64,000 nucleotides of DNA from Acidimicrobiales bacterium (GTDB lineage Bacteria; Actinomycetota; Acidimicrobiia; Acidimicrobiales; SZUA-35). The stretch lies in assembly GCA_965216655.1 (NCBI GenBank), contig CBDCGP010000058.1:9593-73592 (forward strand), written 5' to 3'. The notes beneath the pieces were generated by a model that was given only the letters and a program-made list of their open reading frames with translations, searched no databases and had not been told where the DNA came from. The translations under genes and the position numbers were made by a program. Below, in pieces: positions 1 to 8,351 of the stretch; position 1 is the first letter of the stretch; the number at the start of each line of letters is the position of its first letter.

Positions 1-2
1 AC

Positions 3-725
3 ACGCTGGCCCAGCGGCAGGGGCTGTACGCCACGTTCATGCCGAAGCCGTTCTCCGACAAGACCGGCAACGGGCTGCACACCCACCTAAGTCTGTGGAC
101 CGCCGACACCGACGAGCCGTTGTTCGTCGGCGGCTCGGCCGGCGGCGACGACTCGAAGGGCCTCGGGCTCAGCACGCTGGCCTACCAGTTCGTGGCCGGG
201 CTGATCGCCCACGCCCCGGCGCTGGTGGCGGTGACCTGTCCGACCGTCAACTCCTACAAGCGGATGGGCGTGGGCGCCCCGACCTCAGGGGCCACCTGGG
301 CGCCGGCGTACGCCGCCTACGGGGGCAACAACCGCACCCAGATGATCCGGATTCCCGAGCCCGATCGGATCGAGCTGCGGCTGGTCGACGGCTCGGCCAA
401 CCCCTACCTGGCACTTGCCGCCGTGCTCGCCTGCGGGCTCGACGGGATCGACAACGAGATGGATCCCGGGGATCCGAACCGCGACAACCTGTTCACCATG
501 TCGGCCGACGAGGTGGCGGAGCGGGGCATCGTGTCGCTGCCGCCGACGCTGCTGCACGCCGCCGACAACCTGGCTGGCAGCGAGGTCCTGGCCGCCGGCC
601 TCGGCGATACACCCGACGGCAGCCCCTACCGCGACTACTTTGTCGACGTGAAGCGCACCGAGTTCATGGCCCACCACCACGAGGTCACCGCCGGCGAGGT
701 CGACCAGTACCTGTCGCTGTTCTGA
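3..725 (+). CDS. glnT: Type III glutamine synthetase family protein (GlnT/GmaS-like), 5'-truncated by the window edge
   Basis: Frame open from position 3. Glutamine synthetase motifs TFMPKP..GNGLHTHLSL, PTVNSYKR, NNRT..IRIP and IELRL.DGSANPYLA; the SGATWAP segment is typical of the GlnT/GmaS clade. Confidence 0.85.
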   Translation, partial: TLAQRQGLYATFMPKPFSDKTGNGLHTHLSLWTADTDEPLFVGGSAGGDDSKGLGLSTLAYQFVAGLIAHAPALVAVTCPTVNSYKRMGVGAPTSGATWAPAYAAYGGNNRTQMIRIPEPDRIELRLVDGSANPYLALAAVLACGLDGIDNEMDPGDPNRDNLFTMSADEVAERGIVSLPPTLLHAADNLAGSEVLAAGLGDTPDGSPYRDYFVDVKRTEFMAHHHEVTAGEVDQYLSLF

Positions 726-727
726 CG

Positions 728-1417
728 ATGACCGCCGACGACGACCTCGACGGCGGTGACGGCGCTGACAACGCGGCCGGGTCGGGCGGCCTCACCGCCG
801 ACGAGGTTCACGGCGTCGTCGGGCGCCGGGTTCGTGAGTTGCGCACCGGCCTCGGTATGACGATGGAGCGGTTCGCCGAGGTGGCCGGCCTGTCGATCGG
901 GATGCTGTCGAAGATCGAGCACGGGCAGACGTCGCCCAGTCTCGGCACGCTGACCCGTCTGGCCAACGCAGGCGGCGTGCCGTTCACCGCGCTGTTCCGG
1001 GGGCTCGACGAGGAGCACGACGCGGTGATCGTGCCTGCCGGCGGTGGGCTCGAGATCGCCCACGAGGGCGACGGCCGGGGGCGGACCTACCAGGATCTCG
1101 GCGCGCTGCGGGGACCGGGTCGGACCATCGAACCGGTGCTGGTCACGATCACCGAACCCGACGAGGTGTTCCCGTTGTTCCAACACGGCGGGGTGGAGTT
1201 CATCCACGTGTTGTCCGGCGTGGTGGAGTACGGCTACGGGTCGAAGCGCTACACGTTGCGCACGGGCGACACGATGCAGTTCCGGGGCGACGTGGCCCAC
1301 GGCCCGACGGCGCTGATCGAACTCCCGGTGAAGTTCCTGTCGCTAAAGGTACATGTGCTCGCTGCGGAGCAGCTCACCTCGAGTTCGGCTGCGCCGAACA
1401 TCGCGGATGCCGAGTGA
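728..1417 (+). CDS. XRE-family HTH transcriptional regulator with C-terminal cupin domain
   Basis: ATG at 728, just after the glnT stop. VGRRVRELR..LSIGMLSKIEHGQTSPSLGTL (XRE HTH), then cupin motifs FQHGGVEFIHVLSG..GD..F.GDVAHGP. Confidence 0.88.
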   Translation: MTADDDLDGGDGADNAAGSGGLTADEVHGVVGRRVRELRTGLGMTMERFAEVAGLSIGMLSKIEHGQTSPSLGTLTRLANAGGVPFTALFRGLDEEHDAVIVPAGGGLEIAHEGDGRGRTYQDLGALRGPGRTIEPVLVTITEPDEVFPLFQHGGVEFIHVLSGVVEYGYGSKRYTLRTGDTMQFRGDVAHGPTALIELPVKFLSLKVHVLAAEQLTSSSAAPNIADAE

Positions 1418-1434
1418 CGACGGAGGTCCAACAA

Positions 1435-1483
1435 CCGTTCTGTGTCTGTCAGCTCCAGGTTCTTGGAGCTGACAGACACAGAA
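1435..1483. repeat. Palindromic element copy 1 (REP-like or bidirectional terminator)
   Basis: Perfect 20-bp inverted repeat TTCTGTGTCTGTCAGCTCCA-ggttct-TGGAGCTGACAGACACAGAA (1438-1483) between convergent genes. Confidence 0.85.
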
Positions 1484-1501
1484 ACAAAATTGGGGGGATT
1501 G

Positions 1502-2017
1502 TTACTCGAACAATCCGAGCATGGTGCGCAGGAGATGTTCGAGGTCGCGGCGTTCGTCGGCCGGCATGTCGGCCAGGAGGGCGGCGTCGCGGCGGGTGAT
1601 CTCGGCGACGATGTCGTCGATCAGTGTGATGCCCTTGGCGGTCAGCTTGACGTTGACGACGCGGCGGTCGTCGGGGTCGATGGTGCGCTTGATCAGGCCG
1701 AGGCCCTCGAGGCGGCTCAAGCGCTGTGACACACCACCGGAGCTGAGGCGGGACACCTCCCGCAGCTCACCGACCGTCAGCTCGTAGGGCTCCCCCGACC
1801 GCCGCAGCTCGGCCAGCACATCGGCGATGATCGGGTCGGCGTCGAACAGCTCCAGAACGGCGTTGCGTTGCTCCATGAGGTGGCGGCCGATGCGCCAGAT
1901 CCGAGACACGATGCCGATGGAGGACACGTCGAACTCGGGGTGGATCTCGGACCACGCCCGCTGGATCCGATCGACGGCATCCGTCTCGACCACCTCCGAA
2001 CTGTTCACCCGTGTCAC
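1502..2017 (-). CDS. marR: MarR-family transcriptional regulator (HucR/PecS/TamR-like N-terminal helix)
   Basis: DAVDRI..AW N-terminus; winged helix LSSGGVSQRLSRLE..GLIKR..DPDDRR...VKLT.KG. Confidence 0.88.
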   Translation of the reverse strand: MTRVNSSEVVETDAVDRIQRAWSEIHPEFDVSSIGIVSRIWRIGRHLMEQRNAVLELFDADPIIADVLAELRRSGEPYELTVGELREVSRLSSGGVSQRLSRLEGLGLIKRTIDPDDRRVVNVKLTAKGITLIDDIVAEITRRDAALLADMPADERRDLEHLLRTMLGLFE

Positions 2018-2038
2018 GACACTCCTCTTGCTCGTTCG

Positions 2039-2944
2039 CTATCCCAGCACCAGGCACCGAACCTCGATGCTCTCCCGGCCGACGCCGTCTTCAGGTGTTC
2101 GGTTCGTCCGGTTCGCCGGCGGGGAGAAGGCCGTGTGCAGGCTGAAGGTGCACGGCCCCGACTCCGATCGGTCGGCCCGGCGGCCTGCGCTGCGAGCCAT
2201 CGCCCCATGGGAATCCCACTGCTTGATCAGGATAGCCTCGTCCTGAGTCACCTCCGGAAACCACCACCACCGGTGGGCGTCGGAGACCTTGGCGAAGTAG
2301 TTCTCCCCGATGCGGTGGGGATACCGGATCTCGAACACGGCCAGGTCCTCCGGTGCGATCGAGGCTCCGTCGCAGAGGGCGAGCGGGGCGTCGACCACCG
2401 GCCGGGGAGACCGGTTCCGCCAGACGTTCACGATCCGCCACCGCTGGCGCCCGGCGACGGCGTCGGCAAGATCGTGCTCCTCCGCCAGATCCCGCAGGCG
2501 CTGCGGCGCGCCGTCGAGGGTGTAGTCGCCGTGCACGATCCGGGCCGGACCCTGCACGGTCTGTCCGTCCTGGATGCGACGCCCCTGACGATCCCGGGCC
2601 GACGATCGCACGTTGTAGTCGAAGGTGATGACCCGCTCGGCGCCGGTGACGGCGGCCACCAGGTCGCGGCAGGCGGGCAGATGGCGGCTCCTGATGTCGT
2701 GGTCGTCGAGGTAGTCGACATCCGGCACCGAACTCTCGACCAGTTCGACGGCGGCCGAGTCGAGGTCGGAGCCGTTCGGATGATCCCGACCGTCGTTGAT
2801 GTCGACCGTCGTCGGGTCGACGTGCACGCCGAAGAATCCGTGGTCGGTGCCGTCCGCATCGCGTTGGGTGTAGAGCTGCCCGGTTCGATGCAGCGACGAC
2901 GGCGTGTCGGCGCTCAGGTAGGGCAGTTCGGCTCGAACGGTCAT
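2039..2944 (-). CDS. CmcJ/NvfI-family oxidoreductase-like protein
   Basis: ATG at 2944 overlaps the gshB stop. Motifs FDYNVR, VHGDYT, RWRIVNVWR, PLALCD, HRWWWFP, LIKQWDS, HTAF and RESIEVR characterise this family. Confidence 0.72.
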   Translation of the reverse strand: MTVRAELPYLSADTPSSLHRTGQLYTQRDADGTDHGFFGVHVDPTTVDINDGRDHPNGSDLDSAAVELVESSVPDVDYLDDHDIRSRHLPACRDLVAAVTGAERVITFDYNVRSSARDRQGRRIQDGQTVQGPARIVHGDYTLDGAPQRLRDLAEEHDLADAVAGRQRWRIVNVWRNRSPRPVVDAPLALCDGASIAPEDLAVFEIRYPHRIGENYFAKVSDAHRWWWFPEVTQDEAILIKQWDSHGAMARSAGRRADRSESGPCTFSLHTAFSPPANRTNRTPEDGVGRESIEVRCLVLG

Positions 2945-3930
2945 CACGCTGTCGTCTCCCGTTTCCACAGCTCCTCGACGAACGACACGTAGCGGTCGGC
3001 GACATCGATCCCGCAGAGTGCGTGGATCTCCCGCATCCCCGTCGGACTGGTCACGTTGATCTCGGTCACGTAGCCTCCGATCACGTCGAGCCCCACGAAC
3101 CACAGCCCGTCACGGACGAGGGTCGGGCCGAGCTCGGCGAGGATCCGCTCGACGTCGTCGTCGATCAGGTCGGGTCTGGTCTCACCGCCGGTCGCCATGT
3201 TGCAGCGGAAGTCGCCGCTTCGGGCCAGGCGCACCACAGAGCCGACGGGTTGACCGTCGATCACGATGACCCGGCGATCACCACCGTCGTCGACCTCGGG
3301 GATGAAGGCCTGCACCATCACATGGATCCGCCCGCGCTCGGTCAGGCCGTCGAGGATGGATCCGAGGTTCGGGTCGTCGCCTCGCAGCAGCAGGATCCCC
3401 CGACCGGCCATCCCGTTTGTCGGTTTGCCCACGCCCACGCCGACCCGGGTCACGAACTCCCGGATCCGGGCCCGATCGGCCGACACGATGGTCTCCGGCA
3501 TCAGGTTGCGGTGGTGGAGGCCGTACAACTTCTCGTTGGCGTTGCGCAGGCCGGACGGTCGGTTGACCACCACCGTTCGAGCGGGGTCGACGTGATCGAG
3601 CAGGTAGGTGGCCCGGAGGTAGGCGTCGTCGACCGGCGGGTCGGTGCGCATCGAGACGATCCCGAAGTCCGACAGCGGCCGCCGGGTGGGATCATCCAGT
3701 TCGAGCCAGTGATCGACCGCGCTCCAGTGGCCGGCGTCGTCGAGCTTGGCCGGCTCCACCCGTAGCTGCCGCACCGTGGCGTCGGCACCGTTGCGCCCGA
3801 TGCCGAGTTCATCGGCTGTGCAGCCCCAGACCTCGTGGCCATGACGTTGCGCGGCCTCGATCATGGCCACGGTCGAGTCGTGCCCGGGATCGAGGCGTTC
3901 GAAGGGATCGGCGACGAACAGCAGCTTCAT
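2944..3930 (-). CDS. gshB: Glutathione synthetase
   Basis: MKLLFVADP..DSTVAM, MRTDPP, NRPSGLRNANEK, KP..GMAGRG, GDRRV, DFRCNMA.GG, FVGLDVIG, EINVTSPTG. Confidence 0.93.
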   Translation of the reverse strand: MKLLFVADPFERLDPGHDSTVAMIEAAQRHGHEVWGCTADELGIGRNGADATVRQLRVEPAKLDDAGHWSAVDHWLELDDPTRRPLSDFGIVSMRTDPPVDDAYLRATYLLDHVDPARTVVVNRPSGLRNANEKLYGLHHRNLMPETIVSADRARIREFVTRVGVGVGKPTNGMAGRGILLLRGDDPNLGSILDGLTERGRIHVMVQAFIPEVDDGGDRRVIVIDGQPVGSVVRLARSGDFRCNMATGGETRPDLIDDDVERILAELGPTLVRDGLWFVGLDVIGGYVTEINVTSPTGMREIHALCGIDVADRYVSFVEELWKRETTA

Positions 3931-5201
3931 CAGGTGAGACTCCGATCGAACCATCCGGCGCCGATGTCGCCGGCCGCCACCCTCGTCATCAAATCCGATT
4001 CGACGATTCCGTAGCGTGGACCGATGGTAGGCGCCGGATCATTGTCGTTGATTGACCAGGTCAGCACCGGACCGGCGGGGTGAGGGGCGGGCGGCGACGG
4101 TACCGATCGCTCGATGACCACGGGCGGGCGGAACCAGCCCATGCGATGGATCCGGTCGTCGGGCACGTCGAGTGTCCCCGCGACTATCCGGGCGTCCGGT
4201 TCGGCGATCCATGCGGCGGTGGTGTCGCCGGTCGCCCGGCGGGTGGCGTCGTTGACGAGCGGCGCGGGTGTCAACGACGGCAACGCGACACGCAGTCGCT
4301 CCTCGAACTCGGCCGCGACCGAGCGGTGACAGTGGACGTGTTGGAGTCCCAGCGGACCGCCGGCGGTGTTGGCCCGTAGGCCGAACATCACCGTTTCGAG
4401 CAGCACGTCCAGTTGCTCGACGGTTGCCGCGGGCGCCACGATCAGGTGCTGTTCGGGCCCCGCCGTTCCTCGCGCCGTGCGGCCCCGGCGTCGGCACGAC
4501 GCGGTCACCGAGGTCACCGTCGAGGCTGAACCCCGGATCACGATCGTATCGATTCCCGGGTGGGCGACCATGGCCGAGCCGACGTCGGTCCCCTGTCCCT
4601 GCACCAGGTTCACCGCTCCGGCGGGTAGGTCCGATTCGACCAGCACCGCCACCATCGACGCCACGGTGAGGGGTGCCCGAATCGACGGCTTGATCACGAC
4701 CGGATGCCCCGAGAACAGACTCGGCAGCACCGAGGCGGCCATCTCGATCACGGGGCTGCCCCACCCGAGAATATGGCCGACAACGGTGCCAGGGCTCGGG
4801 TGGTAAGGGACCTCGTCGGTCGTCAACCGTTCGGCCAGTGAGAGCGCGCCGGCGACCAGGGTCGACGAGTCGGCCGCAACCAGTCCGAGCTCGGCCGACT
4901 GCTGTTCGGCCAGCTCGAAGCTGGCCGCCGCCAGCCGGTCGACGACGCGGGCAAGCGCGGACCGGCGGGTGGTGGCGTCTTGCCACGACGATCGAGCCGC
5001 CGTGGCGGCCGCAACCGCGTCGTCGACGTCGAAGCGGGAGGAGAACGGCACGACGGCCAGCACCTCACTGGTGACCGGGCTGAAGATCTCAAGCTCGAAG
5101 GGGGCACGGGGGAAGATCCAGGAGCCACCGATGTGGTTACGCTCGAACTGGTCGCCGTCGAAGAGGGCTTCGATGTCGGGGGTCGTCTCGACGTGGTCCA
5201 T
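3930..5201 (-). CDS. Aldehyde dehydrogenase-family protein with degenerate catalytic motifs (aldH2-like position)
   Basis: ALDH scaffold (NHIGG.W, DVDDAVAAA, VVIKPS..APLT, LPAGAVNLVQG.G) but PWN, ELGG and the catalytic Cys motifs are not recognisable. Confidence 0.75.
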   Translation of the reverse strand: MDHVETTPDIEALFDGDQFERNHIGGSWIFPRAPFELEIFSPVTSEVLAVVPFSSRFDVDDAVAAATAARSSWQDATTRRSALARVVDRLAAASFELAEQQSAELGLVAADSSTLVAGALSLAERLTTDEVPYHPSPGTVVGHILGWGSPVIEMAASVLPSLFSGHPVVIKPSIRAPLTVASMVAVLVESDLPAGAVNLVQGQGTDVGSAMVAHPGIDTIVIRGSASTVTSVTASCRRRGRTARGTAGPEQHLIVAPAATVEQLDVLLETVMFGLRANTAGGPLGLQHVHCHRSVAAEFEERLRVALPSLTPAPLVNDATRRATGDTTAAWIAEPDARIVAGTLDVPDDRIHRMGWFRPPVVIERSVPSPPAPHPAGPVLTWSINDNDPAPTIGPRYGIVESDLMTRVAAGDIGAGWFDRSLT

Positions 5202-5218
5202 GGTCGATCCGCCCACCC

Positions 5219-6244
5219 TCACTGAAACCGATCGAAGAAGACTCGTTCGGCAGCCGCCTTGCCCGTTCGCACCAACTGAGCGAGCACGGCGTCGACCATC
5301 CCGGCCGGCCCGCACAGGTACACATCGACGTCGGTGAGATCGTCCCAGTCGGCGTCGACGAGGTCGCCGACGAGCCCCGTTCGACAGTCGGAATCCGGGT
5401 CGGTCTCGACAGCATGGTGCACGGTGACACCGGTGGCGGTGAACCCCGCCAGCTCATCGAGGCAGAACCGGTCGGCGGGAACCCGGCTGCCGACGTAGAA
5501 ATGGACGGCGCGCTCCGGCGAATCGACGAGGGCCTGTTCCACGATGGCCAGCATCGGGCCCAGCCCCGATCCCCCGGCGATGGCCACGATCGGGCGATCG
5601 GCCGGGCTCTGGAGGTGGGCGAACCCGTAGGGCCCCTCGACGACCACGCCGTCTCCCTCGGAGAGCCGGTCGAAGATCCAGGCGGTGGCCGCACCACCCG
5701 GTTTGGCCCGAACGATGACCTCCAGTTCGGGGTCGTCGCCCGGGCCCGAAGAACGATACGCAGCCGACATCGAGTAGGCGCGACGTACCCCGTCGGTGAA
5801 CTCGACGATCACGTACTGCCCGGCCCGATACGGCATCTCGTCGGTGATCCGCAGCACGAGCCGCCGGGTGTTGTGATTGAGGTCGACGATCGAGCTGACG
5901 ACGGCCTTGGTCCGTACCAGACGGGTCGGTTCGGATCGAGGGATAATCGGAGCCTTGATGACGCAGTCGGCGGTGACCACCGATTGACAGGCCAGGATCT
6001 TGTTACCCGCCCGATGGTCGCGCTCCTTCAGCCCGGTGGCTTCCGGCCACATCGACTCGACGCTGCCCTCCACCAGACGTACCTTGCACATGCCGCAGCC
6101 CCCGCTGGCGCACTCATATGGCAGCTCGACCCCCGCGGCCAACCCGGCCGCCAGCATCGTGGGGTAGCCGGCGGTCGAAAACGACAGGTCGGCTCCCGCC
6201 ACGGTCACGGTGGGCGCGTCGGCGGAGTGCAGACTGCTAGGCAT
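5219..6244 (-). CDS. isoF: Soluble diiron monooxygenase reductase (2Fe-2S / FAD / NAD)
   Basis: LPYECASGGCGMCK..C 2Fe-2S motif, RAYS FAD motif, EGPYG, IAGGSGLGP, YLCGP; last gene of the monooxygenase block. Confidence 0.88.
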   Translation of the reverse strand: MPSSLHSADAPTVTVAGADLSFSTAGYPTMLAAGLAAGVELPYECASGGCGMCKVRLVEGSVESMWPEATGLKERDHRAGNKILACQSVVTADCVIKAPIIPRSEPTRLVRTKAVVSSIVDLNHNTRRLVLRITDEMPYRAGQYVIVEFTDGVRRAYSMSAAYRSSGPGDDPELEVIVRAKPGGAATAWIFDRLSEGDGVVVEGPYGFAHLQSPADRPIVAIAGGSGLGPMLAIVEQALVDSPERAVHFYVGSRVPADRFCLDELAGFTATGVTVHHAVETDPDSDCRTGLVGDLVDADWDDLTDVDVYLCGPAGMVDAVLAQLVRTGKAAAERVFFDRFQ

Positions 6245-7310
6245 CGACAAGCGATGCGTCCAGTTCTCCGAGGAAGTCGCGGTGGGCGCTCCGGGTCGCG
6301 TCCGCCAGTTCCTCGGCCGTCCGGCCCACACCGGTTGCCACCAGACGGGCGCCGGCTGCGATGATGTCGTCGGTCCGATCGGACCATTCGTCGACCACCC
6401 CGTCGATCACCTCCCCGTTGGCGTCGTCAGACGCCACGATATGGCGGATCAGCTCGGCCGTCCACCGCCGGGAGCGACCGCCGTCGATCGCCAGGTTGGC
6501 GAACAGCAGGCTGTCGAGATCGCCGCCCAGGTTCCCGACCTCGTCGGCGTAGGCGTCGAGGAACAACAAGTCGAGCACCGGTTTCAGCATCACCTGGGTC
6601 ACGACGAGGGCCTGATCCCACCGGTATACGAGGAGAGCCTCCTCGATCGCCCGTCGGACAGGTTGCCAGTCGTCGGCCGTCTCCCAGGAGGTTCGCTCAT
6701 CGGATCCGAAACCGGCGTCCGGGTGGGCGAGTCCGAGCATTTTGGTCCGCAGCGCGATCCGCTGGATCCGGCGGACGAGATCGGCGGCCTGGAACGAGGC
6801 GCAGTTGGCCACGTACGCGCTGGGGGCCAGCTGTTGGACGTAGGCCGACAGCATCTGCAAGCCGTGCGCCGGATAACGGCTCGGGGTCATCACCCGGGCT
6901 TGGTACTCGACGAGTTCCGGGGACGCGTCGGCGTCGGAGTCGGCGTTGCCGTCGAACCGGTCGAGGAGCGCGTCGACGTGGGTCTCGGCCTCGTCCTGCA
7001 TGGCGCAGTAGGTCTCGTAGGTCAGCTGATCGGGATCGCGGAATCCCTCCCAGTCGACGTTCGCGAGCGCCATGCCGTCGCGATAGGTGCGCAGCCAGTC
7101 GTTGCCGTTGACGTCGGGCCCGAGCTCGAGCGGGGTGTCGCCCATGGTGTGGTTCATGCCGTGGGTGACGATCTCGTAGGTCGTCGGTTTGCGGCCGAGG
7201 TCGCCGAGTTCGCTCCAGGTCTTGGCCCGCCGGCGGCGGCCTCGCCGGGCCGGACGGCTGGTCTGACTATCGTCGTTTGCGGTGTCTGTGTTCAACGCGT
7301 CTTCACTCAT
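6237..7310 (-). CDS. isoE: Isoprene/alkene monooxygenase hydroxylase beta subunit
   Basis: KTWS.LG..RKPTTYEIVT, WEGFRDPD.LTY..Y, RY..HGLQM..AYV.QLAP, WQPVRR; ATG at 7310. Confidence 0.88.
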   Translation of the reverse strand: MSEDALNTDTANDDSQTSRPARRGRRRRAKTWSELGDLGRKPTTYEIVTHGMNHTMGDTPLELGPDVNGNDWLRTYRDGMALANVDWEGFRDPDQLTYETYCAMQDEAETHVDALLDRFDGNADSDADASPELVEYQARVMTPSRYPAHGLQMLSAYVQQLAPSAYVANCASFQAADLVRRIQRIALRTKMLGLAHPDAGFGSDERTSWETADDWQPVRRAIEEALLVYRWDQALVVTQVMLKPVLDLLFLDAYADEVGNLGGDLDSLLFANLAIDGGRSRRWTAELIRHIVASDDANGEVIDGVVDEWSDRTDDIIAAGARLVATGVGRTAEELADATRSAHRDFLGELDASLVDA

Positions 7311-7318
7311 CGCTGCCC

Positions 7319-7642
7319 TCAGCTTTCGTAGTACCAGCGGATGTGGCTGGTGCGGGTCTCGAGCCGGCCTTTGAACGACGGCATCTGAATCTCGATCTCG
7401 GCCAGGCGGATGTCTCGTCCGTAGTGTTTGCGCAGCGACTCCTGGGTCAGCCGGCACTCCTGGACGGTGTGGATGCGGACGTAGTCGTCGCGGTCGAGCA
7501 CGAACACGTCGGAGGACGGGTTGTCCTCCTCGATGGCGTCGATCACGGCCTCGGCCAGAGGGCCGGAGCGGATGATCGGGCCGACCAGGGTTCGCTCATC
7601 GACGGACTCATCGGTCCAATCGTCGATCTCCAATACGGGCAT
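7319..7642 (-). CDS. isoD: Monooxygenase coupling/effector protein (MmoB/DmpM family)
   Basis: VGPII....A.AVIDAIEEDNP..DRDDYVRI..EI.MPSF.GR, typical of TmoD/IsoD effectors. Confidence 0.88.
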   Translation of the reverse strand: MPVLEIDDWTDESVDERTLVGPIIRSGPLAEAVIDAIEEDNPSSDVFVLDRDDYVRIHTVQECRLTQESLRKHYGRDIRLAEIEIQMPSFKGRLETRTSHIRWYYES

Positions 7643-7645
7643 GGG

Positions 7646-8080
7646 CTACCCCTTCTCGTTCGGTTGCTCGTTCAGTTGTTCGTCTAATTGACTGCCTTCT
7701 GCGGCCGACCCGATGAGGTCGGCGCTGCGGCCGATGGGCTCGGCACTCACGTAGATCACGCCGTCGCGAACCTCGCAGGCGTGGCGGACAAGACATTCGT
7801 TGGCCGGGTTGATCCCGAGGCCGGTCTCGGCGTCGAACTGCCATTCGTGGGCCCGGCAGGTCAGCACCGTGCCGTCGAGATCGCCGTCGACCAGTGAGAA
7901 GCTCTGGTGGGGGCAGATGCCGTCGTAGGCGTGGAACTCACCGTCGATCCTGACGATCAGTACCTCCCGGTCGCCGAGGTCGAAGGCGTCCATCTCGCCG
8001 TCCCAGAACTCGTCGGCGTCGGCCACGTCGACCAGGTCGACGCCCGGCGTCTGCTCGGCGATCGAGGAGCTGTCAGTCAT
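7646..8080 (-). CDS. isoC: Rieske [2Fe-2S] ferredoxin
   Basis: Rieske ligands CPHQ and CRAHEWQFD. Confidence 0.88.
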   Translation of the reverse strand: MTDSSSIAEQTPGVDLVDVADADEFWDGEMDAFDLGDREVLIVRIDGEFHAYDGICPHQSFSLVDGDLDGTVLTCRAHEWQFDAETGLGINPANECLVRHACEVRDGVIYVSAEPIGRSADLIGSAAEGSQLDEQLNEQPNEKG

Positions 8081-8324
8081 CTCGAAATTTCACGTCGACC
8101 CAGGCCAGCGGGGCGAGTCCCAGCTCGCCCAGTTTGGTGCTTGGATCGATCACCTTGCCGTCGACCAGGACGTCCATGGGTCGATCATCCTCGGGGAGGC
8201 GCCGACCGAGGGTGTGCACGGCCACCTGCTGGGCGATCGAGTTCATGTCGTCGTCGGTGTCGACCGGGCAGAGGTGAGGAACGAAGTCGCCGACGAACCG
8301 GCCGTAGATGGGAAAGAGAGCCAT
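8073..8324 (-). CDS. isoB: Monooxygenase gamma subunit (TmoB family)
   Basis: MALFPIYGRFVGDFVPHL..VDT.D.M..IAQQVA.H..GRR, TmoB/IsoB-like, 83 aa. Confidence 0.88.
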   Translation of the reverse strand: MALFPIYGRFVGDFVPHLCPVDTDDDMNSIAQQVAVHTLGRRLPEDDRPMDVLVDGKVIDPSTKLGELGLAPLAWVDVKFRDD

Positions 8325-8351
8325 GAGAGTCCTTTCTGTCGTGCCGACCGG

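Noticed and set aside
95-727. N-terminal 211 aa of the 440-aa ORF 95-1417
   Set aside because: Arg-rich off-frame overlap with glnT; the real gene starts at ATG 728.
1435-1483. Palindrome as a CRISPR repeat
   Set aside because: Only two copies 13 kb apart, with no spacer array and no cas genes.
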